This document shows, piece after piece, positions 38,244 through 49,130 of a stretch of DNA of 64,000 nt. The position numbers were made by a program, and so were the translations under genes. This DNA comes from an uncultured Actinomycetota bacterium (GTDB taxonomy: Bacteria; Actinomycetota; Humimicrobiia; Humimicrobiales; Humimicrobiaceae). Positions within the stretch are counted from its first letter, which is position 1. Each line of letters opens with the position of its first letter. Below the pieces are notes generated by a model. The model was given only the letters and a program-made list of their open reading frames with translations. It was not told where the DNA came from and ran no database searches. Location: the NCBI GenBank assembly GCA_964423265.1, contig CAYREF010000002.1:16704-80703 (forward strand), read 5' to 3'.

Positions 38244-39350
38244 ATGAAAATTCAAACAACAAAATCAAAACTCCTCGATTCAGTTTTGTTTTCTACCAGA
38301 GCTATAACTTCTAAAACTACAAATTATATCCTTGGCGGAGTTATGCTTGAAGCGGATAAAAATTTAAATATTTATAGTACAGATCTTGAAACCAGTGTAA
38401 AAACCAGCATTAATGTAAAAGTTTTAAACGAAGGTAAAATAATAATACCTTCTAAAATTATAATAAATATCCTGCGTAATTTCCCAGAATCAAAAATAGA
38501 TCTGGAGTTAGATCCTGAAACAAACCAGCTTAAAATTACCTGCCAGAACGCAATCTTTAACCTTAACACATTCCCTATAGAAGAATTCCCCCAGTTTCCA
38601 GAAATAAAAAAAGACAATAGCTTTACTATAAAGCTTAATAAATTCAAAACTTTGATAAGAAAAACCCAGAGGTCGGTGTCAGAGGATGAAGGAAGGGTAG
38701 TGCTTACTGGGGTGCGTTGTGAAATAAGCAAAGGCCTAATAAAAATGATATCCACAGATAGCTACAGGCTTTCATATATGGAAGAAAACATAAATATAGG
38801 CGATAGGCAGATAGGAGTAATAATTCCAGGCAAAGTCTTGGATAATATATTAAAAATAGAATCTGAAGACAGCAACTTAGAAATAAATATTGAAGAAAAC
38901 CAGATAAGTTTCGCTATTGTTAATAAAAATTTAAAAACTATTATTGTTTCTAGGCTTCTATCAGGAAAATTTCCGGACCACATGCAACTAGTGCCAAAAA
39001 ACCTAAAAAATTCTATACTAATAAACAAACAAAATATACTGGATGTGGTAAAAAGGATCTCTTCAATTGCCCAGGATAATATTCCTGTAAAATTTGATTT
39101 TTTGGAAGGTAAGTTAAAAGTATCCATGGATATAAAAGAAGTGGGAAGTTCCAGCGAAGAGCTAGAAATACCCTATGGGGAAGAAGAAATAAGTGTAGCA
39201 TTCAATCCCCAGTTTTTACTAGATGGAATTAATATGATAAATGGGGAAAAAATAATATTGGAGATAGATGATCCTTTAAAGCCTGTATTAATAAAATCTG
39301 AAAAAGAACCCAACCTTTTCTATTTGCTTATGCCTATTAGAGTATCTTAA
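38244..39350 (+). CDS. dnaN: DNA polymerase III beta sliding clamp
   Basis: 368 aa with three-domain clamp architecture, directly downstream of dnaA. Confidence 0.9.
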   Translation: MKIQTTKSKLLDSVLFSTRAITSKTTNYILGGVMLEADKNLNIYSTDLETSVKTSINVKVLNEGKIIIPSKIIINILRNFPESKIDLELDPETNQLKITCQNAIFNLNTFPIEEFPQFPEIKKDNSFTIKLNKFKTLIRKTQRSVSEDEGRVVLTGVRCEISKGLIKMISTDSYRLSYMEENINIGDRQIGVIIPGKVLDNILKIESEDSNLEINIEENQISFAIVNKNLKTIIVSRLLSGKFPDHMQLVPKNLKNSILINKQNILDVVKRISSIAQDNIPVKFDFLEGKLKVSMDIKEVGSSSEELEIPYGEEEISVAFNPQFLLDGINMINGEKIILEIDDPLKPVLIKSEKEPNLFYLLMPIRVS

Positions 39351-39371
39351 AAAATAAGAAAGGCAAAAAAA

Positions 39372-40265
39372 ATGAAAGATTTAAAAATAACCATAGTGGG
39401 AGCTGGTAGAGTAGGAACAACCATTGCTTATGTTTTAGCAAAAAATAGAAATACTAAGGCAAAACTCAACTGTATTGTAAGCAGGACCGAAAAGTCGCTA
39501 AAAAGGGCAAAAGATTTAGTGGGGGAGAGAGGAATAACATATAGTAAAGATATTAATGGCTTACTAAAACAATCAAACTGTATATTAATAACTACCCCAG
39601 ATGATCTAATCGAGGATATATGTAATGATATATTTACCAATAGCCCAAAAAAAGAAGGAACTTTTGTAATACATTTTAGCGGCTCAAAATCTTTAGATGT
39701 GTTAAGTGCTGCCAAACAAAAGGGAGCTGATACCGGTTGCCTACATCCTATAAAATCATTTGCTTCCATAAAAGAGGCAATATCAACTCTTAAAGGTACT
39801 GTATTCGGGATTACTTATTCTAGCCAGGAAATAAAAGAGGTCCTAGCTTATTTGGTTGATTTTTTCGGAGGCTCTTTTATAGAAGTAGAAAACGACAAAA
39901 AACCCCTGTACCATTCATCTGCATGTGTTGCTTCCAATTATCTGGTTACATTGTTAAATTTTGCAGTTGAGGTTAATGAAAAAATTGGCATAAAACCCGA
40001 GGATTCTGTAAAAGCTTTAATGGGTCTTATAGAGGGAACAATTGATAATATTAAGAAAATGGGAACAAAAAAATCACTAACTGGCCCCATAGCAAGAGGG
40101 GATGTGGGGACAATTGAAGAACATTTAAAAAATTTTAAGCAATATTTTGACAAAGGCTCTAAAACCTATAAATTTATGGGAAAAGAAACTGCAAACATAG
40201 CTTATCAAAACGGCTGGATTGACAGGGATACATTTGAAAAATTAAAAAAAATACTAGAAGGTTAG
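39372..40265 (+). CDS. Rossmann-fold plus DUF2520-like oxidoreductase, putative ketopantoate reductase (PanG-type)
   Basis: N-terminal dinucleotide-binding motif ITIVGAGRVGTTIA, 297 aa, immediately upstream of panBCD. Confidence 0.55.
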   Translation: MKDLKITIVGAGRVGTTIAYVLAKNRNTKAKLNCIVSRTEKSLKRAKDLVGERGITYSKDINGLLKQSNCILITTPDDLIEDICNDIFTNSPKKEGTFVIHFSGSKSLDVLSAAKQKGADTGCLHPIKSFASIKEAISTLKGTVFGITYSSQEIKEVLAYLVDFFGGSFIEVENDKKPLYHSSACVASNYLVTLLNFAVEVNEKIGIKPEDSVKALMGLIEGTIDNIKKMGTKKSLTGPIARGDVGTIEEHLKNFKQYFDKGSKTYKFMGKETANIAYQNGWIDRDTFEKLKKILEG

Positions 40266-40273
40266 GTGTAAAT

Positions 40274-41074
40274 ATGGCTGAAAAAATAAATATAAACAGG
40301 CTTATGGAAATGAAGTCAAACAGCGAAAAGATAACCATGCTAACTGCATATGACTACCTTATGGCTTCCCAGCTCGACGAATGTGGTATAGATTTAATAT
40401 TGGTGGGGGATTCGGTGGGAAACGTAGTTATAGGTTATGAAAACACCATCCCGGTAACCATGGATGAAATGATACACCACTGCAAGGCAGTAAAAAGAGG
40501 TGTAAAAAGAGCAATGGTAATAGGAGATATGCCTTTTATGTCTTACCAGGTCAGCAGCAAGGAAGCAGTAAAAAACGCAGGGAGGTTTCTAAAAGAGTCC
40601 GGGGTAGAAGCAATTAAGCTTGAGGGCGGAAAAGAAGTGCTTGGCACTATTAAAAAAATTGTAGATGCGGGAATACCGGTTATGGGCCATCTAGGGTTAA
40701 CCCCACAGTCTATCCATAAATTTGGCGGATATGGGGTAAGAGGTGAAAGCAACAAAGAAGCTCAAAAAATGGTAGAGGACGCAAAAGAGCTAGAGTCTGC
40801 CGGAGTTTTTTCCATAGTTTTAGAAAAAGTTCCTGCCCAATTAGCCAAAAAAATTACAGAGCAAATTAGTGTTCCCACTATTGGGATTGGGGCAGGAGTT
40901 TTTTGTGATGGGCAAGTACTTGTAACCCATGATATGCTGGGCCTGTTTGAAAAATTTAAGCCCAAGTTTTCTAAAAGGTATGCAGAATTGGGAAAAGAAA
41001 TGAAGGCATGCTATAAAAAGTACATACAAGAAGTTAAAGACAAGAAGTTTCCTGCTGAGGAGCACTCATACTAA
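40274..41074 (+). CDS. panB: 3-methyl-2-oxobutanoate hydroxymethyltransferase
   Basis: KITMLTAYDYLMASQLDECGIDLILVGDSVGNVVIGY is the classical PanB N-terminus. Confidence 0.9.
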   Translation: MAEKININRLMEMKSNSEKITMLTAYDYLMASQLDECGIDLILVGDSVGNVVIGYENTIPVTMDEMIHHCKAVKRGVKRAMVIGDMPFMSYQVSSKEAVKNAGRFLKESGVEAIKLEGGKEVLGTIKKIVDAGIPVMGHLGLTPQSIHKFGGYGVRGESNKEAQKMVEDAKELESAGVFSIVLEKVPAQLAKKITEQISVPTIGIGAGVFCDGQVLVTHDMLGLFEKFKPKFSKRYAELGKEMKACYKKYIQEVKDKKFPAEEHSY

Positions 41075-41075
41075 C

Positions 41076-41924
41076 ATGGAGACAATTGAAAAAATCAATC
41101 AGCTTCAAAAAAAGCTGCAGAAGCTAAAAAAGCAGGGCAAAACTGTAGGGTTTGTCCCCACCATGGGATACCTCCACCCAGGCCATTTAAGCTTAATGGA
41201 GCTGGCCAGCAAGGAAAACGATATAGTGGTTATAAGCATATTTGTAAACCCTACCCAGTTCGGTCCTTCGGAAGACTATGAAAAATATCCCCGGGATATG
41301 GAAAGGGACTCAAAATTAGCAGAAGAAGCGGGGGTAGATTATATTTTCCATCCCTCAAATGAGGAGATGTATAGAAAGGACCACAAGACATATGTAAATG
41401 TGGAGGATCTGGAAAGCGTTATGTGTGGGAAGTTCAGGCCCGGCCACTTCAGGGGAGTTTGTACTGTAGTCCTAAAGCTTTTAAATATAGTGTGCCCTAC
41501 CAGGGCTTATTTCGGCAAAAAGGATTACCAGCAGCTGGTGATTATAAAAAAGATGGCCGAAGATCTAAACTTGGATGTTGATATTATTGGGGGCGATATT
41601 GTTAGGGAAAAAGACAATCTGGCATTAAGCTCCCGCAACAAATACTTATCAACAGAAGAAAGAAAAAATGCTACTGTATTATATAAAAGTCTCAAGCTTG
41701 CCGAAAATTTAATAAAAGAGGGGAAAACAGCAGGCAAGGTAAAAAAAGAGGCCATAAATTATTTAAAAAGCAATAAATATGTAAAAAAAGTAGATTATTT
41801 TGACATTAGGGAAAAAGACAACCTGAAGGAAGTAAGAGGCATTCCTTCCAGGGAAGTATTAGCAGCTGCCGCCATATGGACTGGCAACACCAGGCTGATA
41901 GATAATATAATAGTAAAAAGGTGA
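41076..41924 (+). CDS. panC: Pantoate--beta-alanine ligase
   Basis: GFVPTMGYLHPGHLSLM HIGH-type motif. Confidence 0.9.
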   Translation: METIEKINQLQKKLQKLKKQGKTVGFVPTMGYLHPGHLSLMELASKENDIVVISIFVNPTQFGPSEDYEKYPRDMERDSKLAEEAGVDYIFHPSNEEMYRKDHKTYVNVEDLESVMCGKFRPGHFRGVCTVVLKLLNIVCPTRAYFGKKDYQQLVIIKKMAEDLNLDVDIIGGDIVREKDNLALSSRNKYLSTEERKNATVLYKSLKLAENLIKEGKTAGKVKKEAINYLKSNKYVKKVDYFDIREKDNLKEVRGIPSREVLAAAAIWTGNTRLIDNIIVKR

Positions 41925-42313
41925 TAGGAATGGAAGTTACTGTTTTAAAGAGCAAAATACACAGGGCCAAGGTTACTGATGCAAAAATACATTATATGGG
42001 AAGCATTACCATAGACAGAAATATTATGGACCATGCGAAAATACTGCCCTATGAGAAGGTAATGGTGGTTAGTATTGATAGCGGGGAGAGGCTTGAAACA
42101 TATGTTATAGAAGGGGAAAAAGGCAGCAGGGAAATTTGCTTAAACGGGGCAGCTGCGAGAAAAATACTTACTGGAGACAGGGTTATTATAATGGCTTTCG
42201 GACTAATGGAAGAGGAAAAGGCAAAAGAATACAAACCCAAAATTGTAACCCTGGACGAAAATAACAGCATTATTGATGAAGAATACCATGTAGAAAAAGA
42301 TGACCAGTGCTAA
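41921..42313 (+). CDS. panD: Aspartate 1-decarboxylase
   Basis: KIHRAKVTDAKIHYMGSITID and the self-processing region. 130 aa. Confidence 0.9.
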   Translation: MIGMEVTVLKSKIHRAKVTDAKIHYMGSITIDRNIMDHAKILPYEKVMVVSIDSGERLETYVIEGEKGSREICLNGAAARKILTGDRVIIMAFGLMEEEKAKEYKPKIVTLDENNSIIDEEYHVEKDDQC

Positions 42314-43055
42314 AACATTAATTATTTTTTTAATCTTTTCCCTTTTATTCATTTTCTCCTGCACCAGCACAGATCAAGCTTTGGAGCAGAAAGACATTTA
42401 TTCTGAGGAGTCATTTGCTTATTTTAATTATGATGACATAAAAATAGATACGACCTCGGTAATAGATGTAGAGATCAACAATTGCAATTTATATTTAGAC
42501 ATTTATGGCAATCTGGTCATTCTCGGAGAACTTAAAAACATTTCTAGTACAAGCAAGACAGATCTGGGAATAACCTTTGATTTTTATAACAGGGACGGCG
42601 AAAAGCTATTTTCGGATGTACGTGAAAGCAAAATAGAAAATTTGTATCCAAAAGAAAAGGCACCGTTTTACTTTTTGCTAAAGGAAAAAAGCATTTATAT
42701 AGATATTGCCAGGGTAAAAATAGGACTAAACTACAGTAACTTTTACAAAGGGTTTGAAGGTAATCCGGTGGTAAGAGAAGAGAAATATTATTATGAGGAT
42801 AATTTCTTAATTATAGAAGGGGAACTGGTTAATCTGAGCCAGAACAGAATAGAAGATATTGTTTTACTGTGCACTTTCTATGACAAATTTGGAAAAGTGG
42901 CTTTTATTAAACAATGCTATATCCCAAGGAAAGAACTGTCTTCCCTGGGCAGGGAAAAATTTAGTTTAAAGCTTATGCTGGATGAATATTTGCCTGAATT
43001 TAGTAGCTACAGCTTTAGTGTTTCATACAAGGATGTCATTAAAGTAAAAGCCTAG
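42300..43055 (+). CDS. Lipoprotein with internally duplicated domain
   Basis: Signal peptide plus lipobox (LLFIFSCTS) and two similar segments (LVILGELKNISSTSK... and LIIEGELVNLSQNRIED...). Confidence 0.5.
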   Translation: MTSAKTLIIFLIFSLLFIFSCTSTDQALEQKDIYSEESFAYFNYDDIKIDTTSVIDVEINNCNLYLDIYGNLVILGELKNISSTSKTDLGITFDFYNRDGEKLFSDVRESKIENLYPKEKAPFYFLLKEKSIYIDIARVKIGLNYSNFYKGFEGNPVVREEKYYYEDNFLIIEGELVNLSQNRIEDIVLLCTFYDKFGKVAFIKQCYIPRKELSSLGREKFSLKLMLDEYLPEFSSYSFSVSYKDVIKVKA

Positions 43056-43056
43056 C

Positions 43057-44034
43057 TTAGAGCCAGTCTTTGTATTTAAAGTATGCAAGCATGCCGATGG
43101 CAAGAAAGAACATAAATACCATGAGAATTACGAATGCATAAGGATATCCTGCAATAGGGAGACCAATGTTCATTCCGTAGATTCCGGTTATAAAGGTAAG
43201 GGGCAGGATAATTACTGAAAAAATAGTCAGGATTCTCATGATGTCATTAATCTTGTTGGAAAGGAGGGACTGGTGTGCTTCATGGATACCTTCTATTAAT
43301 TCCTTGTAGTTTTCAAGAGTATCCCAAATTTTTTCTATGTGGTCTACTAGGTCGCTAAAGTATACTTCAAGCTCGTCTATTAAAAATTCCATATCCTTAA
43401 TCTCAAGGGTCTTTAAAAGTTTACGTTGAGGGAAAACAATATTCCTAAAGGTTAAGATATTTGTCCTAATTCTTAAAATATCCCTTACATTTTTATTGCT
43501 GGCTTTTTTAAATATTTCATCTTCCACGGTTTGGATATTCCTATAAATTTTATTAAGTATAGGAAAGCTATAATCAATAAGTGAATCTATAATTCTGTGG
43601 AGAAGGTAGCCTGAGCCCGCAGTAATTCTGGATTGGTTTTCGGTTATATTATTCCAGGTATTTTGTATGGGCTTGCATACCCCTTGGTGGACAGTTACCA
43701 AAAAATTCTTTCCTATAAATATATTTACAGTAAAAGGGACCAGCTTCCTGGTTTGCTTTATAAAAAAAGGTATATGCATAACCAGAAATATATATTCATC
43801 ATATTCGTCCAGCTTAGGTCTTTCTATTACTGAAAGGCAGTCTTCAATATCCAGGGGATGGAATTTAAAATAGTCCAGCAGAAACTGCATATTTTCCCGG
43901 CTAGGGTTCTCAATGTCTATCCAGATCATGTATTGGTGGTTGTTGATATAAGGAGTAATTTGTGAGAGCTTTAAATCCTGCAGAACCGTTTTCTCTTTTT
44001 TGTCAAAAACTAATAGTTTCATATATCCATCCAT
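43057..44034 (-). CDS. corA: CorA-family magnesium/cobalt transporter
   Basis: YGMN motif (GIYGMNIGLP) ahead of two C-terminal TM helices. Confidence 0.85.
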   Translation of the reverse strand: MDGYMKLLVFDKKEKTVLQDLKLSQITPYINNHQYMIWIDIENPSRENMQFLLDYFKFHPLDIEDCLSVIERPKLDEYDEYIFLVMHIPFFIKQTRKLVPFTVNIFIGKNFLVTVHQGVCKPIQNTWNNITENQSRITAGSGYLLHRIIDSLIDYSFPILNKIYRNIQTVEDEIFKKASNKNVRDILRIRTNILTFRNIVFPQRKLLKTLEIKDMEFLIDELEVYFSDLVDHIEKIWDTLENYKELIEGIHEAHQSLLSNKINDIMRILTIFSVIILPLTFITGIYGMNIGLPIAGYPYAFVILMVFMFFLAIGMLAYFKYKDWL

Positions 44035-44298
44035 GTTGCATAATATAAGTATCCCATAAAAAAGTTAAAAAATATATATTCAAAAGGATAAGAATAAAAA
44101 TATAGTTAATTGTATCAATCTATTATCCTTGTAAGATTTCAGGTTGTCAATGAAACAAACCTCCAACCCCGTGCCGCCAAAATTTCTATTTGTTTTTAAA
44201 GCAGCCCTATGCAGCTTTTTGGCACATGCTTTCTTAAGAAATATAAAACTTAATAGGGTAAAATGCAATTTAATAAAAATAATTTTACCAGTGTTTAT

Positions 44299-47007
44299 TT
44301 ATACCTTAGAAATTTTTACTGCGCAAGCCTTATATTCAGGTATTTTTGCTTTTGGATCAAGGGCAGGATTTGTAAGCTTGTTTGCTGGAGAGTCAGCGAA
44401 ATGAAAAGGAATAAATACTACTCCTTCTTTTATGCTTGAATCAACTTTGGAAACTGCTTCTATTTCTCCTCTTCTGGTTTCAAGCTTTACTCTATCTCCA
44501 TCTTTGATATTTAATTTTTTTGCGTCAATTTCATTTATATGGGCTAAGGCCATGGGGGCGATTAAATTGAGGAAATCAGATTTCCCGCTCATTGTCCTGG
44601 TGTGAAAATGATATAGAATTCTTCCTGTAGTCATGATGTAAGGAAACTTGTTATCAGGATTTTCAGCAGGGAGGCTGAATTCTACTGCCATAAACCTTCC
44701 CTTGCCACGTGAGAAGTTTTTAGCGTGTAGGATACCGGTTCCAGGATGGTCCTCACCAGTACATGGCCACTGAAGAGGGCAATCATTAAGTCTGCTGTAA
44801 TTTATTCCAGAATATATGGGGGTAAGCTTTGCGATTTCATCCATAATTTCAGAAGCCGATTCGTATTCCATGCTATAGCCTAATTTTTCAGAGAGCATAC
44901 ATATTATTTTCCAGTCTGCCAGAGTTTTGCCAGGCGGATCTAAGGCTTTATTTATCCTTTGGATCCTCCGATCCGTATTTGTGAAGGTACCATTTTTTTC
45001 AGCAAAACATGTACTCGGTAAGATAAAATCGGCAAATTCTCCTGTTTCCGTGATAAATATGTCTTGTACCACTAGAAGCTCAAGGTTTTCCAGGGCTTCT
45101 GCCACATGTAGAATATCTGGGTCGCTAAGCATGGGGTTTTCCCCCATTATATATAAGGCTTTTATATTACCGGTCTTTGCCTCATCTATCATTTCTGTAA
45201 CAGTTAGCCCCTTTTGGGGGGGAAGTTTTTTACCCCAGACAGATTCGAACTTATGTCTGATATTTTCATCTTCAACGTACTGGTATCCGCTATAAACATT
45301 GGGGAGTGCGCCAAGGTCGCAAGCACCTTGCACATTATTTTGGCCCCTTAGTGGATTCACCCCTCCGCCACGCTTGCCAATGTTCCCTGTCATCATAGAT
45401 AGGTTGGCGATAGATATCACATTTTCAGTACCGCAGGTATGCTGGGTTATACCCATTGAATAGAAGATAGAAGCGCTTTTGGCAGAGCCGTAGACTTTGG
45501 CTGCCTCTATTAGGTCATCTTTTTTTACCCCGGAAAGCTCTTCTACTTTTTCTGGGGTATAGTCCTTAAAACTTTCTGCAAAATTACCGAAGTTTTCTGT
45601 CTTTTTTTCTATGTACTCCCTATCATGCAAGTTATTTTCATAAATTATGTTCATTAGCCCCATTAGCACTGCAATATCTGTTCCCGGCCTTTGCTGCAGA
45701 TGTATATGGGCATATTTGGTGAGGGGAATTTTTCTAGGGTCGATAACTATTAGTTTCAAATTGCCTTCCGCTGCTTGGTTTATCAGCTCATAGCTTATTA
45801 CCGGATGCGCTTCGGTGGTATTGGATCCAATAACTATAGCTGCTTTAGCATCCTTAATATCTTCAAAGGAATTAGTCATTGCGCCACTGCCAAAAGTGGG
45901 AATGAGACCGGTAATAGTAGAGGCATGGCACAATCTGGCACAGTGGTCAATATTATTTGTTCCTATCGCCGCTCTGGCAAATTTAGAGAGCAGAAAGTTT
46001 TCTTCATTGGTGCATTTTGCTGAACTCAATATGCCAATTGAATCAGGTCCATGTTTTTGGATAATGCCCTTTAGTTGTGAGGATATAGAATCTAAAGCAT
46101 CTTCCCAGGAAATGCTTTCAAACTTGCTGCCTCTTTTTTGCAGAGGTGAGGTAAGCCTTTTGTCACTGCTAACGAAATCAAGGCCAAATTTGCCTTTAAC
46201 GCATAAGCTACCCTTATTTATATTCTTACCAATATCCGAGGTAACATTAACAATTTTGTTACCCTTTATGTGAAGCTCTATCTGGCAGCCCACACCACAA
46301 TAGGGACAGGTAGTTTGAACTTTTTTTGTTTCCCAGTATCTGGCTTTCCCGAGATATTGCTTTGGCTGCAGGGCTCCTACAGGACAGGTAGAGATGCAAT
46401 TACCGCAGAATACGCATTCTGTATCTTTTAGGCTTTGTTCGAATGCAGGTATTATCTCGCATTCAAAGCCCCTGCCGGCATACCCAATGGCATTGGCTCC
46501 TATTAAGTTATCACAAATTCTTACGCATCTTCCACAAAGTATGCATTTTTCATTGTCCCTTAAGACAAAAGGGTTGTCCTGGAAAACTTTTTTTACATGG
46601 ATGCTGCCTACAAACTTTCTCTGGTCAACGTCATACAGGTAAGCAAGATCCTGCAAGGTACAATTGCCACATGATTCACAGGTCAAACAGTCAAGAGGGT
46701 GGTCAGATAATATAAGCTCTAAGTTGAGCTTAACCACTTCTTTTATATGCTTGGTATTGGTTTTAATTACCATTCCCGGAGATATTTTAGTAATGCAAGA
46801 AGGAACTGCCTCTTTTAACCCTTCTACTTCAACCAGGCACAGCCGGCAGGCTCCTTGCGCTTTAATACGGGGATCATAGCAAAGGTGGGGAATGAATATA
46901 TCATTATCTAAGGCTAATTCTAAAATGGTTTGGCCAGGCTTACCATTAATTTCCTGACCATTAATGGAAACAGTTACTAAGTCTTCTTTTTTAATTTTCT
47001 CTTTCAT
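44299..47007 (-). CDS. fdhA: Formate dehydrogenase alpha subunit, Cys-type, with N-terminal NuoG-like [2Fe-2S]/[4Fe-4S] domain and two ferredoxin-type clusters
   Basis: 2Fe-2S motif CRLCLVEV, NuoG-type motif HPLDCLTCESCGNC, motifs CILCGRCVRIC and CVFCGNCISTCP, and molybdopterin domain CPYCGVGC. The active-site residue is Cys rather than Sec (CARLCHAST). 902 aa with no internal stop. Confidence 0.8.
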   Translation of the reverse strand: MKEKIKKEDLVTVSINGQEINGKPGQTILELALDNDIFIPHLCYDPRIKAQGACRLCLVEVEGLKEAVPSCITKISPGMVIKTNTKHIKEVVKLNLELILSDHPLDCLTCESCGNCTLQDLAYLYDVDQRKFVGSIHVKKVFQDNPFVLRDNEKCILCGRCVRICDNLIGANAIGYAGRGFECEIIPAFEQSLKDTECVFCGNCISTCPVGALQPKQYLGKARYWETKKVQTTCPYCGVGCQIELHIKGNKIVNVTSDIGKNINKGSLCVKGKFGLDFVSSDKRLTSPLQKRGSKFESISWEDALDSISSQLKGIIQKHGPDSIGILSSAKCTNEENFLLSKFARAAIGTNNIDHCARLCHASTITGLIPTFGSGAMTNSFEDIKDAKAAIVIGSNTTEAHPVISYELINQAAEGNLKLIVIDPRKIPLTKYAHIHLQQRPGTDIAVLMGLMNIIYENNLHDREYIEKKTENFGNFAESFKDYTPEKVEELSGVKKDDLIEAAKVYGSAKSASIFYSMGITQHTCGTENVISIANLSMMTGNIGKRGGGVNPLRGQNNVQGACDLGALPNVYSGYQYVEDENIRHKFESVWGKKLPPQKGLTVTEMIDEAKTGNIKALYIMGENPMLSDPDILHVAEALENLELLVVQDIFITETGEFADFILPSTCFAEKNGTFTNTDRRIQRINKALDPPGKTLADWKIICMLSEKLGYSMEYESASEIMDEIAKLTPIYSGINYSRLNDCPLQWPCTGEDHPGTGILHAKNFSRGKGRFMAVEFSLPAENPDNKFPYIMTTGRILYHFHTRTMSGKSDFLNLIAPMALAHINEIDAKKLNIKDGDRVKLETRRGEIEAVSKVDSSIKEGVVFIPFHFADSPANKLTNPALDPKAKIPEYKACAVKISKV

Positions 47008-47174
47008 AAAGAGCTAATGTTTTGTAGCAATTATTGGCTTAAGATATAATAATTATTGCTTAGTGGTTAATGATAAATTATTTTATCCAAATTTACAACT
47101 TAAAATAATGGCTACTATGGGCAATAATTTCGTGGTATTATAAATAATTATATTTAAAGATTAAGAGGAAAATC

Positions 47175-48098
47175 ATGGAAATACAACAGAGATATAGTTT
47201 CGGAGGTTGGAATAATTGCATTAGAATGACTAATGGTGAGGTGGAATTAGTTACAACTACGGATGTAGGCCCAAGGGTTATCCGTTTTGGTTATGTTGGG
47301 AAACAAAATTTACTAGGTGAAATTGGGAGTGAGCAGGGAAAAAGTGGAGGAAAGGAATGGCGAAGCTATGGTGGGCACAGGCTTTGGCATGCCCCTGAAG
47401 CTATGCCACGTTCTTATAATCCAGATAACAGCAGAGTAAAACATAAAATAAAGGATGATACTTTAATATTAACCCAAGAAACTGAAGAATACACAGGCTT
47501 ACAAAAGCAAATAGAAATAACTTTAAATTCGGATGACAACCAGGTTAGAGTTTTACATAGGATTATGAATCATAACCTTTGGGGTATAAAATTTGCTCCC
47601 TGGGCCATAACTGTAATGAACCTAAAGGGAAGAGCAATAATACCACAGGAGCCTTACCAGAGCTGGAATGAAAGGCTTACCCCTGTCAGACCTCTAGCTT
47701 TATGGGGGTATACAGATATGACTGATGACCGGTGGACTTGGGGTTCAAAATACATACAATTAAGCCAAGACCCAGATGTCAAAACTAAACAAAAGATAGG
47801 GATGTTAAATACTTCGGGGTGGGTTGCATATAGTTTGGAAGACCAGATTTTTATTAAAAGATATAAGTATAGCCCTTTTGCAGAATATGCAGACTTTGGT
47901 GTAAATACAGAAATATATACAGACTCTGATATTCTTGAAATAGAGACACTAGGAGAGTATAAGCTAGTCTCTCCAGGAGGTAAAGCAGAGCATTTAGAAA
48001 GCTGGTTTTTATTTACAAAAGAAGTTAGTAAAGAAGAAAAATCAATTGACCAAAATTTATTACCATTGGTAAAAAAGACTGATAAATACATAAGCTGA
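47175..48098 (+). CDS. Hypothetical protein
   Basis: 307 aa soluble protein (GGHRLWHAPE motif). No confident family assignment. The possible mutarotase-like fold is a guess. Confidence 0.35.
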   Translation: MEIQQRYSFGGWNNCIRMTNGEVELVTTTDVGPRVIRFGYVGKQNLLGEIGSEQGKSGGKEWRSYGGHRLWHAPEAMPRSYNPDNSRVKHKIKDDTLILTQETEEYTGLQKQIEITLNSDDNQVRVLHRIMNHNLWGIKFAPWAITVMNLKGRAIIPQEPYQSWNERLTPVRPLALWGYTDMTDDRWTWGSKYIQLSQDPDVKTKQKIGMLNTSGWVAYSLEDQIFIKRYKYSPFAEYADFGVNTEIYTDSDILEIETLGEYKLVSPGGKAEHLESWFLFTKEVSKEEKSIDQNLLPLVKKTDKYIS

Positions 48099-49130
48099 TA
48101 GAACTGTAGCTTTTTATCAACTAAGTTCTTTGCTTGCCTTTTATATATATAATAAGGAAACCCGCTACATATATTCTTTTTTATGGGCAATGCTAAAATA
48201 TATGTAATTGCAACAGAAAGAGGAACCTCAATTTCAACAGCTTCAGGTTCTTTAATAAAAGGTATTTTATAAAGGAAGACACCAGAAAGAAAATTTTAGG
48301 AGTTTGTAACGCATATAACTATTAGTTTTCCAAAATAGTAATTTCTATAACTACTAAAAAACAAAGTCAATAATCCTATTGTTCCCATCTTAAAAAAACT
48401 TCTCTTATTAAGTTTGTTGATAAGATTGAGAATGTGGTTTAAAAAAATAGGTATTGCCTAACTGTGTTTAACGCAAAAACAGGATATCGAAAAACAACTA
48501 TATATAACAAATTACAATTGATAGTGTTATATTTTCAGGGCTATATAGGAGGGAAAAAGATAAAATTTTTTCACAAACGGGATGGTAAAAAGAAATATCC
48601 CCTGCATAATAGTGGAATGGGCTATACCCGATATTAACCTCTCTTATGTAGCCAGCAATAACTGTTATGGCAGAATAATTGTGGCAAAATTTGCTTTACG
48701 CAAAAGCTATAAAAAAATCGGAGGCGTAACTTATAATAATAGGGAAGTTTATATTTTTAACAAAAAGGTTGCCGATTTATTAGATAAAAAAAGCAGGATT
48801 ACGGGAAAGATATATACTGGAAGTGCCTATTAAGGTTAGCAAAGTTGAAAAAACAGTAAGAAAGCTATAAAGGAAAATTAGAAAAGAATAAAGAAAGTTT
48901 GGTTTTTGGCACTTCTGACTCTATAATAATTTTTATTATGAATCTCTGTATGGAAAATAATCTACAAATACTTAGGGATTTTATGATATGATTCATATCT
49001 AGGCTTCTTTCTCCGAACTTACTGCTATACACCATGACATGATTGGGTTAGGGGAAGTTGTAGCTAATAATATGATAAAAAAATTAGAAAAAGATAGTTG
49101 TTAAAAAAATTACAGATAGGAACTTATTAA

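Noticed and set aside
48582-48833. 83-aa ORF in the gene-poor stretch
   Set aside because: No SD-like sequence or recognisable motif. It lies in a likely decayed region, so it is kept only as a mention rather than a feature.
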